From NCBI RefSeq assembly GCF_001194135.2, contig NC_068981.1:118706335-118739266 (forward strand): DNA of 32,932 bases. Reading direction: 5' to 3'. Both the position numbers and the translations under genes were made by a program. This stretch comes from Octopus bimaculoides. Its lineage: Eukaryota. The notes beneath the pieces are model-generated. The model saw nothing but the letters and a program-made list of their open reading frames with translations, was not told where the DNA came from and made no database searches. The first letter of the stretch is position 1; each line of letters begins with the position of its first letter. Shown one piece after another: positions 1 through 10,318 of this stretch.

Positions 1-487
1 ATTACGACGAAAACGTATGCCTATTCGACGTGTGTGGTTTCAGCGGGATGGGGCGACGGCCCACACAGCCAGAGCATTAATGGACGTTCTTCGCCCTTAC
101 TTCGGTGACCGCCTCGTTCCCAGGTTTGCTGACATTCCTTGGCCCCCTGATTTGCCCATGTGTGATTATTTCTTGAGGGGAAACCTCAAGGCATGTGTGT
201 ATGCGCATAAGCCCCGTACATTGGACAATTTGAAGGAAATTATTCACGAGGAAGTTGCCCAAATCGACAGAGCAATGCTGGAGAGAGTGGAGGCCAACTT
301 CCAAGAACGCCTTCAGAAATGCATCAATAAAAACGAACACCATATGATGGCTGTTGTTTCCAATACTTCATTTTGACAAGTGCTAATTCAATACGAACAC
401 ATTGATGTCAATAAAAGTTGTTTGCAGCTAAAATTAATGATTTTGTGGATTTTTCAAAAATGTCCGTCCTCTTTGCTCCACCCTGTA
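1..487 (+). mobile_element. 3' part of a decayed mariner-like (DD41D/rosa-like) transposon with right TIR and TA target site
   Basis: ORF 17-376 reads VWFQRDGATAHTA...WPPDLPMCDYFLRGNLKACVY..KPRTLDNLK, the Tc1/mariner catalytic C-terminus. The D-to-D spacing is 38 aa, or 41 if the missing PRS of WPPRSPDL is restored. The end CCACCCTG|TA (478-487) is the reverse complement of the TA|CAGGGTG terminus. Confidence 0.88.
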
Positions 488-745
488 TTAGTAGTAATAA
501 GAAAGACATATCGAAATATAAATGTGTCTGTGTGTATGTATGTATGTGAGCAAGGACGATGTTTGTGTTCATATAATTGTGTAATAGTTACAATCTGAAA
601 GTCGTTTGGTTTATGCACTTGTTCCGTTAGCTTTCGTTTGTATGTCCGTATGGAAACTAAAGTAAGTCCCCAGCAGCTAACATTTTGATAAATATTTAAT
701 ATGTAATAATTTAGTAAATCAGCGGTTTGAGATGTAAATGAAGTC

Positions 746-1170
746 CTCTCTCTTTACTCTTTTACTCTTTTACTTGCCTTTTACTTGTTCCAGTCATTTG
801 ACTGGAGCACCGCCTATAGTCGAGCAAATCGACCCCAGGACTTATTCTTTGGAAGCCTGGTACTTATTCTATCGGTCTTTTTTTGCCGAACCGCTAAGTT
901 ACGGGGACGTAAACACACCAGCATCGGTTGTCAAGCGATGTTGGGGGGGGGGAACAAACACAGACACACAAACATATACACACACATACATATATATATA
1001 CATATATACGACAGGCTTCTTTCAGTTTCTGTCCACCAAATCCACTCACAAGGCATTGGTTAACCCGAGGCAATAGTAGAAGACACTTGCCCAAGGTGCC
1101 ACGCAGTGGGACTGAACCCGGAACTATGTGGTTGGTAAACAAGCTACTTACTACACAGCCACTCCTACGC
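746..1170 (-). mobile_element. tRNA-derived CORE-type SINE (family A), full length
   Basis: Minus strand shows A-box-like TGGCTGTGTAG, B-box GGTTCAGTCCC (1108-1118), then GCACCTTGGGCAAGTGTCTT (CORE-like), an internal CA/TA microsatellite and a (TAAAAG)n-like tail. It is homologous to copies at 15212 and 16211. Confidence 0.85.
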
Positions 1171-1289
1171 CTAAGAATTTTTCAATAACAATGAACCGTT
1201 AGTTTTGATTATCGTTCCCGCTCGCCATAATTACAAACTAATTGACACAGCGACATGTATGTCCTTATGCGAAACGACAGTTATAAGCA

Positions 1290-1470
1290 GGGATGGTGGA
1301 ATTTTGCAACATATTTAGTTTCATTCTTTTATGCTCAGAGGTTAAATTTCATCGAAATCAACTTTGACTTCCACCCTTCTGCTATTGAAATAGGCATAAG
1401 TGAACTACTGGCGACGATGTAATAAACTGCTCTCTCGCCTAAAGTTTATGACATTAAAACTATCATCATT
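1290..1470 (+). mobile_element. Highly degenerate SINE family B copy
   Basis: By-eye similarity to the family B body (ctcagaggttaaatttc...aactttgacttccaccc...gatgtaat). Confidence 0.4.
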
Positions 1471-1481
1471 AAAACACCATT

Positions 1482-1647
1482 ATCATTCTTTTATCTTTCA
1501 CTTGTTTCTGTCATTGGACTACAGCCAAGTAGGATCCCCACACTGAGAGGTTTTTTAGTCGAATGAATCAACTCCAGTACTAATATTTTTTTTCCTTTTA
1601 AGCCTAGAACGTATTCTGTTGGTTTTCTTTTCTAGAACCCTTAAGTT
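1482..1647 (-). mobile_element. SINE family A 3' fragment running into a gap
   Basis: cttttatctttcacttgtttctgtcattggact...tagtcgaatgaatcaactccagtact matches the family A tail. Confidence 0.65.
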
Positions 1648-2109
1648 NNNNNNNNNNNNNNNNNNNNNNNNNNNNNNNNNNNNNNNNNNNNNNNNNNNNN
1701 NNNNNNNNNNNNNNNNNNNNNNNNNNNNNNNNNNNNNNNNNNNNNNNNNNNNNNNNNNNNNNNNNNNNNNNNNNNNNNNNNNNNNNNNNNNNNNNNNNNN
1801 NNNNNNNNNNNNNNNNNNNNNNNNNNNNNNNNNNNNNNNNNNNNNNNNNNNNNNNNNNNNNNNNNNNNNNNNNNNNNNNNNNNNNNNNNNNNNNNNNNNN
1901 NNNNNNNNNNNNNNNNNNNNNNNNNNNNNNNNNNNNNNNNNNNNNNNNNNNNNNNNNNNNNNNNNNNNNNNNNNNNNNNNNNNNNNNNNNNNNNNNNNNN
2001 NNNNNNNNNNNNNNNNNNNNNNNNNNNNNNNNNNNNNNNNNNNNNNNNNNNNNNNNNNNNNNNNNNNNNNNNNNNNNNNNNNNNNNNNNNNNNNNNNNNN
2101 NNNNNNNNN
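1648..2109. other. Assembly gap (others: 18085-18114, 20361-20504, 23147-23156, 24279-24555, 26535-27052, 27598-28058, 29091-29747, 31436-32137)
   Basis: Runs of N, most of them bordered by microsatellites, as expected of a short-read draft assembly. Confidence 0.99.
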
Positions 2110-2142
<33 letters not shown>

Positions 2143-4024
2143 TCACATATGTATATATGTATATATATATATAATCACACACATACACACAGGTGTATAT
2201 GTATATATACGCATACAAACTTGTTACCATTTCAAATATGTTTCAGGCAAATTCAAACCCATTAGAAAGCCATTCGCTGTATTTTGTCATGAAGAAAATT
2301 TCTCGCTGTAGACAGAAAGGTCATATATATGCTAGTGCGTCTGCGTGTGTGTGTGAGTAATATATGCTAGTGTGTAAGTTCTTTAAATGTATTAAGACGG
2401 TTATGTGCGACATGTATTGCGTCTAGTCAGGTTACATGGTGTTGTAGTAGTAGGTTTTACAATCACGTTCAATTATATAGGAAAATAAACGGGAGGTGAT
2501 AATATTGGGAACATTACCTTGAATTAAGAAATATCTATTGCATATCTATTGCAAATGTACGTGGATCTAAAAGGACGACTTGATTCGAATACACTCATGG
2601 AAAATAGGAAGGAATCGTCTCACTGGTCGATAACTTTATCCCAGGTAATGCGAAGAGGTGAGATACCTACGAAATTTCAACAGCGGAGGGGTTTACCACT
2701 GGCTCCTCAAAATAGCTGAAAGGATCACTGGCTTACGTTCAGTAGTTTGTGTGCTTCCTCGACCAATACAGAGTATATGGAAGCATGTATTTTATCTTTA
2801 AGTTCGAGAATCAGGAGAGGAGGGAGGCAAATCTGGTTCACCATACATCTGCTTCCAGACTTTATTGCAGTACATCGGTTTCAAGAATACGAGATAGATC
2901 GATAGATATACTGACACAAGCATTAGCCTTTGCCATCACCTTTGTGCAGTAGTACGACCATGTGGTGAAAGATATGGTGTGGTTCAGATATGGTGAGCTC
3001 CAGATTTTGATGACCTTCGATGGCCACAGAGCTATCTCGAAGTTGCACACTATTGTGAGAGCGGAGAAAAGTCAGTAAGATTTGTGCTGCACAGTAGAAG
3101 ATCCAGTTGCTTCACGTCAGTTAGCAAAGACCACTGTAGGGTTCTCTATCCAGGAGAAGGTAATCGAAACCTCCAAGGATGACTTGAGGTGAGTGAAAAG
3201 AAATCACTTTAATCTTAATACCACCAGCACCAGAAACGATGAGGCAAGACACCAAGAAGTTAAGTGTTCTTCTCCATCAAAGGCTAGAGAGGCTACGAAC
3301 AACAGTCTCACCCCATCATCTCGTGGTGATAGAGACAGGACGAATGCTGGAGAAACTGAAGTCAAGAAAAACATAACAATAAGACAAAAAAGAATATAAA
3401 GCAAGTAAGAGGTTAAAAGATCCTTTGAAGAAAGACGTCCCAGACCATGAAATATATGAGGTTTAGGGTCATCTAAAAGAAAAGAGCCTAATTGAACTGC
3501 TGCGAGACTGGAGTGGGAAGAGAAAGATGACGTATTGATTGAAAATAGGAGACGAATAGCAAAACCCCTAGAGTGAAAAAAACTGTAGGAGAAAAACACA
3601 CCACCAGCCTATATAGAGTTACTGGGATATTTCTCAGAAGGTGTGGGAGACTTCGTGTTTTGGCCAAATAAACTCACCCCTGAATTTACGCTTAAAGCTG
3701 CGCCTACCTCATCACCATCGTCCGATCGTGCGACTTGCCCGGACCAATGCAACTTTTCCACATCGTATGTCTTGATCGTGCAATGTGGTATGAACGTCAC
3801 CTTCTCTAGCTGAGATATCTCAACTGTGCACGCCACAACTACAGATGAGAGCAGTTCACATACTGAAAGGGTTGAACTTGGCCGTTGCAGTTTGTTGTCT
3901 GTTCATTCGATCAACATACAATGACATTTGCCATTGACTCAATAAGTTCATTGCCAAAATAATTCACATTCACCCATACTTCAACCCATAATTTCAACAC
4001 ACCCTGGCTCGGGTGGATATGTGC

Positions 4025-4150
4025 TATTTAACTTATAGCTGGGATCTTGACAAATGTTGCTACCTCGGGTCAGAAAAGACTAGTAAAAATTAGTAAATGA
4101 GAGATGGTTCCACATTCCTCAAAACCCGGGAACTCCTGAATCAGAGACTT
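4025..4150 (-). repeat. Degenerate interspersed repeat fragment
   Basis: Minus-strand gggttttgaggaatgtggaacc...tctgacccgaggtagc...aaatag resembles a mollusc repeat recalled from memory. It has no second copy in the window. Confidence 0.25.
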
Positions 4151-4624
4151 CCCTACCCACCACCGAATGCAATTTAGTCATACCCAGGATACCGCTACGG
4201 GACTCTTGGCGACTTTTTGTGTGTATGTACATGGGTGCGGTCGCCTAATTTTTAATTTCTTTTTAATATATCGTTCTACATTTCGACCCAGACTCGTTAA
4301 TATGTGTTTAGTGTGGGGAGGGGTGCATATGCATTTATATGTACATCTGCTCATGTTGTAACCCAATTCGAATGTCATGTTTTTCACGTGTATTTGGGCA
4401 CTTATGGCCATTAAAAGAAACAATAATATTATTGTCAGTGGATTGACGCAATTATTCGAGAGCCGGAAATAACTGTTTACAGTATTTATTCCGATTCTTT
4501 GCGTACTGAATTTAAATCCTTTCAGGGTCATAAATCAAAGTAAACAGACAAGTACGGAGTCAATTTCATCGACTAAACCCCTAATCTCAAATTTGTTTTC
4601 TTGTATCTATATTAGAAACATTTG

Positions 4625-5004
4625 AGTGAGAGAGCAGTGCATGCCATCAAAGTGAAACTGGGGTAAAATATACGAAGCCCAGTATACCCATCATGATAAG
4701 GGTACACCACGCATATGCATCACAGCCATATGGGCGCGACATGGTGATCTCATATCAAGATAAACAGCGCATGACCTCGCAGGTAGGGCCCAGTTAGAAT
4801 TTTCCGCTCAAAAGGTCCCTGAATAAGGTTTGTTTAAGGATGTTGAGCAAAACACCCATGTTTCCAAAAGGGAATTATTCAAATCCCAAAGAATTCCTCT
4901 CAACACATGGCTGTGATGCTCCCCCACTACTTCTGCTCATGATCAGAGATGCACATATCGTCAGCCACCAAGGGACATGCTCAACTGGTTAAGGTCAAAC
5001 AACT

Positions 5005-5006
<2 letters not shown>
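4625..5006. repeat. Interspersed SINE-like repeat ending at an (ATT)n array
   Basis: A ~380 bp block of higher GC abutting (TAT)n at 5006-5062. It resembles an abundant octopus repeat recalled from memory and is not verifiable within the window. Confidence 0.4.
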
Positions 5007-5063
<57 letters not shown>

Positions 5064-5299
5064 TACTCGTCTCCACTGACATGCTACTCTTACCCTTCAT
5101 TTTTTTTTTTTTTCGTAATATGAATCTGTTTCTGAAACTAAATTTTTGGCAAGCTACAAAACAAAGCAACTACAATTGGAAAAACGGAACAAGTCACTTG
5201 ACTATGACAGCAAGCAATGAGAGAAGTGTATCACTTAACACTAATTATTTAAATCTAACTGAACTTGACCGTTGAGATTAAAGTAAGTGTATATATAAA

Positions 5300-5420
5300 C
5301 GCAGGTTGTAAACTATGTGGTTAATAATTTCGTTTCGCAACCATGTCGTTCTAGGTTGGATCACACTACGCGATACCAAAGCATTGTAGAAATGGGTCTT
5401 TTGCAATAGCTTCAATGCTG
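5300..5420 (+). mobile_element. Degenerate SINE family A head
   Basis: gcagg...tatgtggttaa...caaccatgtcgttctaggttggatcacactacg aligns by eye with the family A tRNA-like head. Confidence 0.45.
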
Positions 5421-5465
5421 ACCATTACTTTATGAGAATTTAGCAGACGAAAACCGAAAGCCTTA

Positions 5466-5567
5466 TACGTATGTATGTATGTATGTATGTATGTACGTAT
5501 GTATGTATGTCTGCGTGTATTTATGTATATAATGGATGGATGGATGGATGGATGGATGGATGGATGC
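5466..5567. repeat. (TATG)n and (ATGG)n microsatellites
   Basis: Directly visible. Confidence 0.95.
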
Positions 5568-6088
5568 TGAAAGTCGATAGGTATACATACATTCATGCAT
5601 GCATGTACGTACGCGTGGCATATGTATGCTAAGGAGATAAATACCAGACTGGTTTCTAACGGAGGATACGTACCTCATTAACTTACAATTTATTTTTAGC
5701 TTTGTCTGAGTAATAAAACTGTCAACTTATTCCTCTTATCACTGAATATTTAACAATTGATTCTCAGAAAGTGGTTTGTGCTAAGACGACCTTCATCTGA
5801 CAAAATGGTGCAATAACTATGTTGGATTTATTCAAGTCCGTCAAAGAATTGCAGCTGATCACAATGTGAAAAGGCTTTTTTGTTTACGTTACGACAGTTC
5901 CATAGATTTGTGAATATGAATTAATGTGTGTGTATTTGTGAACGTATGTTGGATAAACTTGTTTTCATGTAATGGTGTGTAGTACACAAGTGTGTGTGAT
6001 TGTATTTTATGCTGTGTGTAGCTACACAATATGCATTTTTGGGCGGCAAGAAAAAACCCCACATCCTTAGTTCCTGTTGTCTTGTTGG

Positions 6089-6310
6089 TTTAGCATTCAC
6101 ATTACTCAGTCGAATGTATTACTTGTTTTTGCACATTGCTTCGAATTAATTGTGCATTATCTCATAGCTTTGATATTTTGACGCTGTGATTTATTTATTT
6201 TTACAATGACATTGTAGGTTAGGTGTGAGAGGCCAGATCTGGCAAGTTTGAACAGAAAACAAGTAGAATATTTGGGCCGGATATGGTCGGTTTAAACGTT
6301 AAAGGGTTAA
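6089..6310. mobile_element. piggyBac-like MITE remnant
   Basis: The right end is ...AAAGGG|TTAA (6301-6310). The left end has a partial inverted match TTTAGCATTC but lacks the TTAACCC terminus. Confidence 0.4.
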
Positions 6311-6579
6311 ACGATAAGAGATACTTTCGTATTTGGTGTGTATGTGTGTATGATGGTTAAAAGGAATAGTTTGCGGGAACATTTACATCATGTGTGCAGT
6401 TTGGAATTGGAAGAAAGGCGAACAGCGAATGCAGATACTTTTGCTGTTCGAGTGTTGCTTATCGAACTCTTACAGTTCAGGCAGTAGAGAGTTCTTCCAA
6501 GTTGGCAGAGATTCTTTTGGATAGAAACTGTTCCGAAAAGTAAAAGGATGTGTTATTTTTTATATTATTAAAAATGGAA

Positions 6580-6860
6580 GCGCGAGGTCAAATGGTTAGA
6601 GTGTTGGACACATGATCATAAGGGTGCAGTTTCGATTCCTGGACCGGGCGATGCGTTGTGTTCATGAGCAAAACACTTAGCGACATTTCTGTCTTTACGT
6701 TCTGAGTGCAAATTTCGCCAAGGTTGACTTTTCCTTTCAACTTTTCGGTGTCGATAAAAATAAGTACCAGTTGTGCACTAGGGGCCGATGTAATCAACTT
6801 ACCACTTCCCCCCAAATCAGATCTCATGTCTATAATAGAAAAGATTATTTATATTATTAT
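6580..6860 (+). mobile_element. Chimeric SINE: CORE-type tRNA head joined to a family B body and (ATT) tail
   Basis: The head has B-box GTTTCGATTCC and TGTGTTCATGAGCAAAACACTT. It switches at ~6678 to ttagcgacatttctgtctttacgttctgagtgcaaatttcgcc...gtcgataaaaataagtaccag, which is family B. Confidence 0.65.
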
Positions 6861-7152
6861 GTGATACTTGGGTGCCTAACTTAGACTGGATTGGGTAGTG
6901 AATTATACAGCTAATTAACATTCGTTTTTGCAGCTGGGCGCGTCCAAGGGGTGTCGGAATGTAATTAAGTCATGATAATCCCCTACCCGGAACTTGGTCC
7001 GAATACTTGTAACCTTCGATGTTTAAAAATATCCCATTATAATTTTATAATTAAAATATTATTAGGAATTGTATTAAAAAAATTGTTGAAATATTTTGTT
7101 ACGTAGAAATATAACCAATATATTGCACGTAAATGTTAACAGCAAAATCTTA

Positions 7153-7215
7153 TGTGGACGCCCAAGGATCATGTGGACGCCCAAGGATCATGTGGACCCC
7201 GGTTCAGAACTACTG
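7153..7215. repeat. 19-bp tandem repeat (ATGTGGACGCCCAAGGATC x2 plus a partial unit) next to a hAT-like terminus
   Basis: The repeat is directly visible. The adjacent GGACCCCGGTTCAGAACTACTG reverse-complements to CAGTAGTTCTGAACCGGGGTCC, which resembles Charlie/MER5-type hAT ends. Confidence 0.55.
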
Positions 7216-8244
7216 ATCTAATCTCTTGAATTCCAACAACGACTGGTCGCAGTCACAGACGTGTAGTTAAAAAATGGGTACACAGAAACTCTAGAAATCC
7301 GTCATGGGGACTGCTAACCCTCATTTTTAGTGGCAGATTTAATCAGTTGCCCATTTAAACACCACCAACGGATTGTTGGGGTTTTATAGCAGAATCAATT
7401 CTATGGCAGGTCTTTCGTGTAAGAATAACGTTCTCCCTTCTATTGTAACTATCTCCATTTTTAGGGGCCCTTAATGTTCTCATTAAGGGCCCCCGATATT
7501 GGAGATAGATTCTGCCTTTCCTTCTATGATGAAACCATTTCAAAAATTAGAAAAAAAAAGTAGAAATGAACATAGGATATGAAGAAAAAGCTACGAAAAT
7601 ATTATTGGACAACGGAATACGCATGAGCATATACTTGTTAACATGTGTATGTATATGCGCGAGTAAGTGTATGTTTGTGTTTGTAAGTGTATTAGAGTCT
7701 GTAAGCGAGGTGCGTGAGAATGATTCCTATCTACAAATGTAGAGCATTGTACACTGTAACAGTAACAGAGATAAGAGGAGGGAGAGAGGATGGGTGCAAG
7801 ACGTAGGAAAGGTCGAGGGACTGAATATCTGATAATCTTAGAGTTCGAACAAAAGAAATGAACAAAAGAACAAAAGAAAGCTTATGCATGGATTAACGTG
7901 CCTTCGTTTCTTCTACAGTTGTACTGGAACTGGATATACATAATGTATATCGTTTTCTGTCGATTGTTTACTATTTACAAATCATGTTATTTTTTTTACG
8001 ATAGTGTTGTAGTAGTTATTCTGTTCTTATTAAGACGGTAGAGATTAATTAGTTTGAGAGGTTTACTGCTAATTATACTTAGCAAAGCTATCGCTTATAG
8101 ATAGGCTCAATCAGCTACACAGAAAGACCTCACAAACAGACCACCTACCAGCACAGAGAAACAAAAATAAAATGTCTATGTTTAGTGTGCTAGCGTAATA
8201 AATAAATAAAGCTTCATCCCACACTGTTCTGTCTCTACTACTGC

Positions 8245-8495
8245 ATTCATCGACATTCACCTCTCTTCACCCAAATACCTCTACAACAGCACATCATAAC
8301 TTTGTACAACGGTATCTTATGAATACTGCTATCCTTTCCGTTCAGATTCGACTAACAGACAAATAGCAGCGACATCAATAACTAAACAGTATGTTGGGAT
8401 ACACATACAACAATACTGAGAACAAAGTACTGTCAAACTCCGATCAGACAAATAATCCATATCGCTCGACATCTTGAGGCTATTATACTAATAAC
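8245..8495 (+). pseudogene. Very decayed Penelope-like RT fragment
   Basis: The frameshifted reading FIDI/SPLFTQIPLQQHI resembles the PLE motif FDVxSLFTNIP. Downstream KYCQT...IARHLEAII resembles YxQ...IANLFMEHLE. Confidence 0.35.
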
Positions 8496-8549
8496 TACCG
8501 AACACTAATTAGATAGAGCCTCTATCTGGTATGTTGATGTGTGAGAAAC

Positions 8550-9240
8550 AACAGCCAAATCTCTCTCAATTTATGGACTTTTGTTTTTAAAATATAAGGA
8601 AAAGAGGTACTCATTGAATAGTATACTCCAAGATATACTGTGCCTGAAAAGAAAAGATAAGATGAGATGTTCACGCCTGGACTAGTTTTAAAGATATTCT
8701 ATACGATTAAAGCTGACCTGAAGCTAAACAACAATAACCACCAGCAACAATAACAAACGGGAAAATCTACTCGTCTGCCAGAACTACTAGAAATAGCAGC
8801 TAAATATACATCATGTTAAATCATACTGTTTATTAAAAAAACACAGGATACGTTATATAGGATAATGTTGTCCTATATTCACGTGCCTGAATGGAGGCGG
8901 GATGGTTACGACTGGAATGCATTTGATCATTTGTGTACTTGATTGGGATATACCTGGGGTTAAACAATAACAAGAGCCTAGATACCCAAACAGCCATACT
9001 GCTCCCCATGTGATAAATAATAGAACTTGAGAACCAAAGACGGATGGGGTGAAAAGTAGTCACTCGACATGCTAGAAAAAACAGCTGGACTTCCCTTAAA
9101 TCACACTCTACAGTCTCATAAAAGAGAGAACACATTGCATAATGTACTTGTAGACATAATTGTCTGAATAAAAAGATGGAACAAAGAAGGAGTGCCTTAG
9201 CCTATAGGCCTGACGTATATAGGCTGACCCTAGACTGAAT
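8550..9240 (+). repeat. Three head-to-tail degenerate ~230 bp units of repeat family D
   Basis: The module ctagaaatagcagccaaatct...gggatggt(c/t)acg(g/a)ctggaatgc...ctgacctg(g/a)ggctaaacaacaa recurs at ~8550, ~8760 and ~9045. Other copies lie at 9845-9975(-), 11195-11370(+), 11600-11805(+), 20640-20880(-) and 20950-21045(-). Confidence 0.65.
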
Positions 9241-9531
9241 CTCAGAACGTAGCGGCAGACGAAATACCGCTAAGCATTTCGCCCGGCGCGCTAACGTTTT
9301 ATTTCTTTATTGCCCACATGGGGCTAAACATAGAGGGGACAAACAAGGACAGACAAAGGGATTAAGTCGATTACATCGACCCCAGTGCGTAACCGGTACT
9401 TAATTTATCGACCCCGAAAGGATGAAAGGCAAAGTCGACATCAGCGGAATTTGAACTCAGAAAGTAACGGCAGACGAAATTCTGCTAAGCATTTCACCCG
9501 GCGTGCTAACGTTTCCGCCAGCTCGTCGCCT
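9238..9531 (-). mobile_element. SINE family B, full copy (9298-9531) plus an adjacent head fragment (9238-9297)
   Basis: Minus strand reads GGCGACGAGCTGGCGGAAACGTTAGCACGCC...TCTGAGTTCAAATTCCGC (B-box) then TTTCATCCTTTCGGGGTCGATAAATTAAGTACC, with a tail ending AATAAAGAAATAA. It is closely similar to 10090-10318. Confidence 0.88.
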
Positions 9532-10089
9532 TTGCATATGTATATATATTCGAATATAAAAAAAAAAAAGGCTCGGCTACGGTGAATCATGCCGGGAAAA
9601 CCTGTTAAAAGGGCGACCGAATTATTGATTTTTATAGGGAACATGATTGTTGTGCAGAAGTATGCATCCGTGTACGCGTGTGAAAGTGTGAGTGTGTAAG
9701 TATGTGTAAGTATGTGTATGCGTATGTATATTCAGGCTCGTGTCCGTTCACGTATGTATGTGGGGTGTTGACTGAACAGGTTTTCTTTAAAATAGCTTTC
9801 AGTATACAAATATCAGGTTTAGGCAGAGATTAAGTGACATTTGTGGACATGTTGTTCTTTGACCTTAGATTAAACTAGACCCATGATCAATAGTATTCCA
9901 GCTGAGACCATCCCGTTTGTGTAGTGGTATGTAGAAACAGATAATCTAACGTACTTATTGAAGAAGATAAGGCGTGTATATTTCTTATATTAGAGTATAG
10001 AAGTGAATGAGGAGGTACGCTTGTGTGTGTGCGCGCGCGATTGCGTGTTTGTGTGCGAGTGCATGTGTATGTGTGTGTGTGTGTGTGTG

Positions 10090-10318
10090 TTATTTCTTTA
10101 CTACCCACAAGGGGCTACACACAGAGGGGACAAACAAAGACAGACAAATGGATTAAGTCGATTATATCGACCCCAGTGCGTAACTGGTACTTATTTAATC
10201 GACCCCGAAAGGATGAAAGTCAAAGTCGACCTCGGCGGAATTTGAACTCAGAACGTAGCAGCAGACGAAATACCGCTAAGCATTTCGCCCGGCGTGCTAA
10301 CGTTTCTGCCAGCTCGCG
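10090..10318 (-). mobile_element. SINE family B, full copy between (GT)n/(GC)n arrays
   Basis: Colinear with 9298-9531 over its whole length. Confidence 0.88.

Noticed and set aside
1604-2311. ORFs of 208-230 aa, and similar X-rich ORFs at 24.2, 29.0 and 31.3 kb
   Set aside because: Their length comes from N runs.
2648-2678. Hammerhead-like GCGAAGA-GGT/ACC-TAC-GAAA
   Set aside because: It needs two core changes plus a deletion, and there is no stem I.
2990-3050. LQILMTFDGHRA resembling the pogo/DDE_1 motif LLILDGHxSH
   Set aside because: It is isolated, surrounded by stops, and has no TIRs.
3609-3836. LHWSGQVARSDD resembling the RTE LINE motif LRWxGHVxRM
   Set aside because: It is a single short motif with no supporting RT or flanking motifs visible.
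7153-7200. CRISPR-like repeats
   Set aside because: The units are directly tandem with no spacers, the context is eukaryotic, and there are no cas genes.
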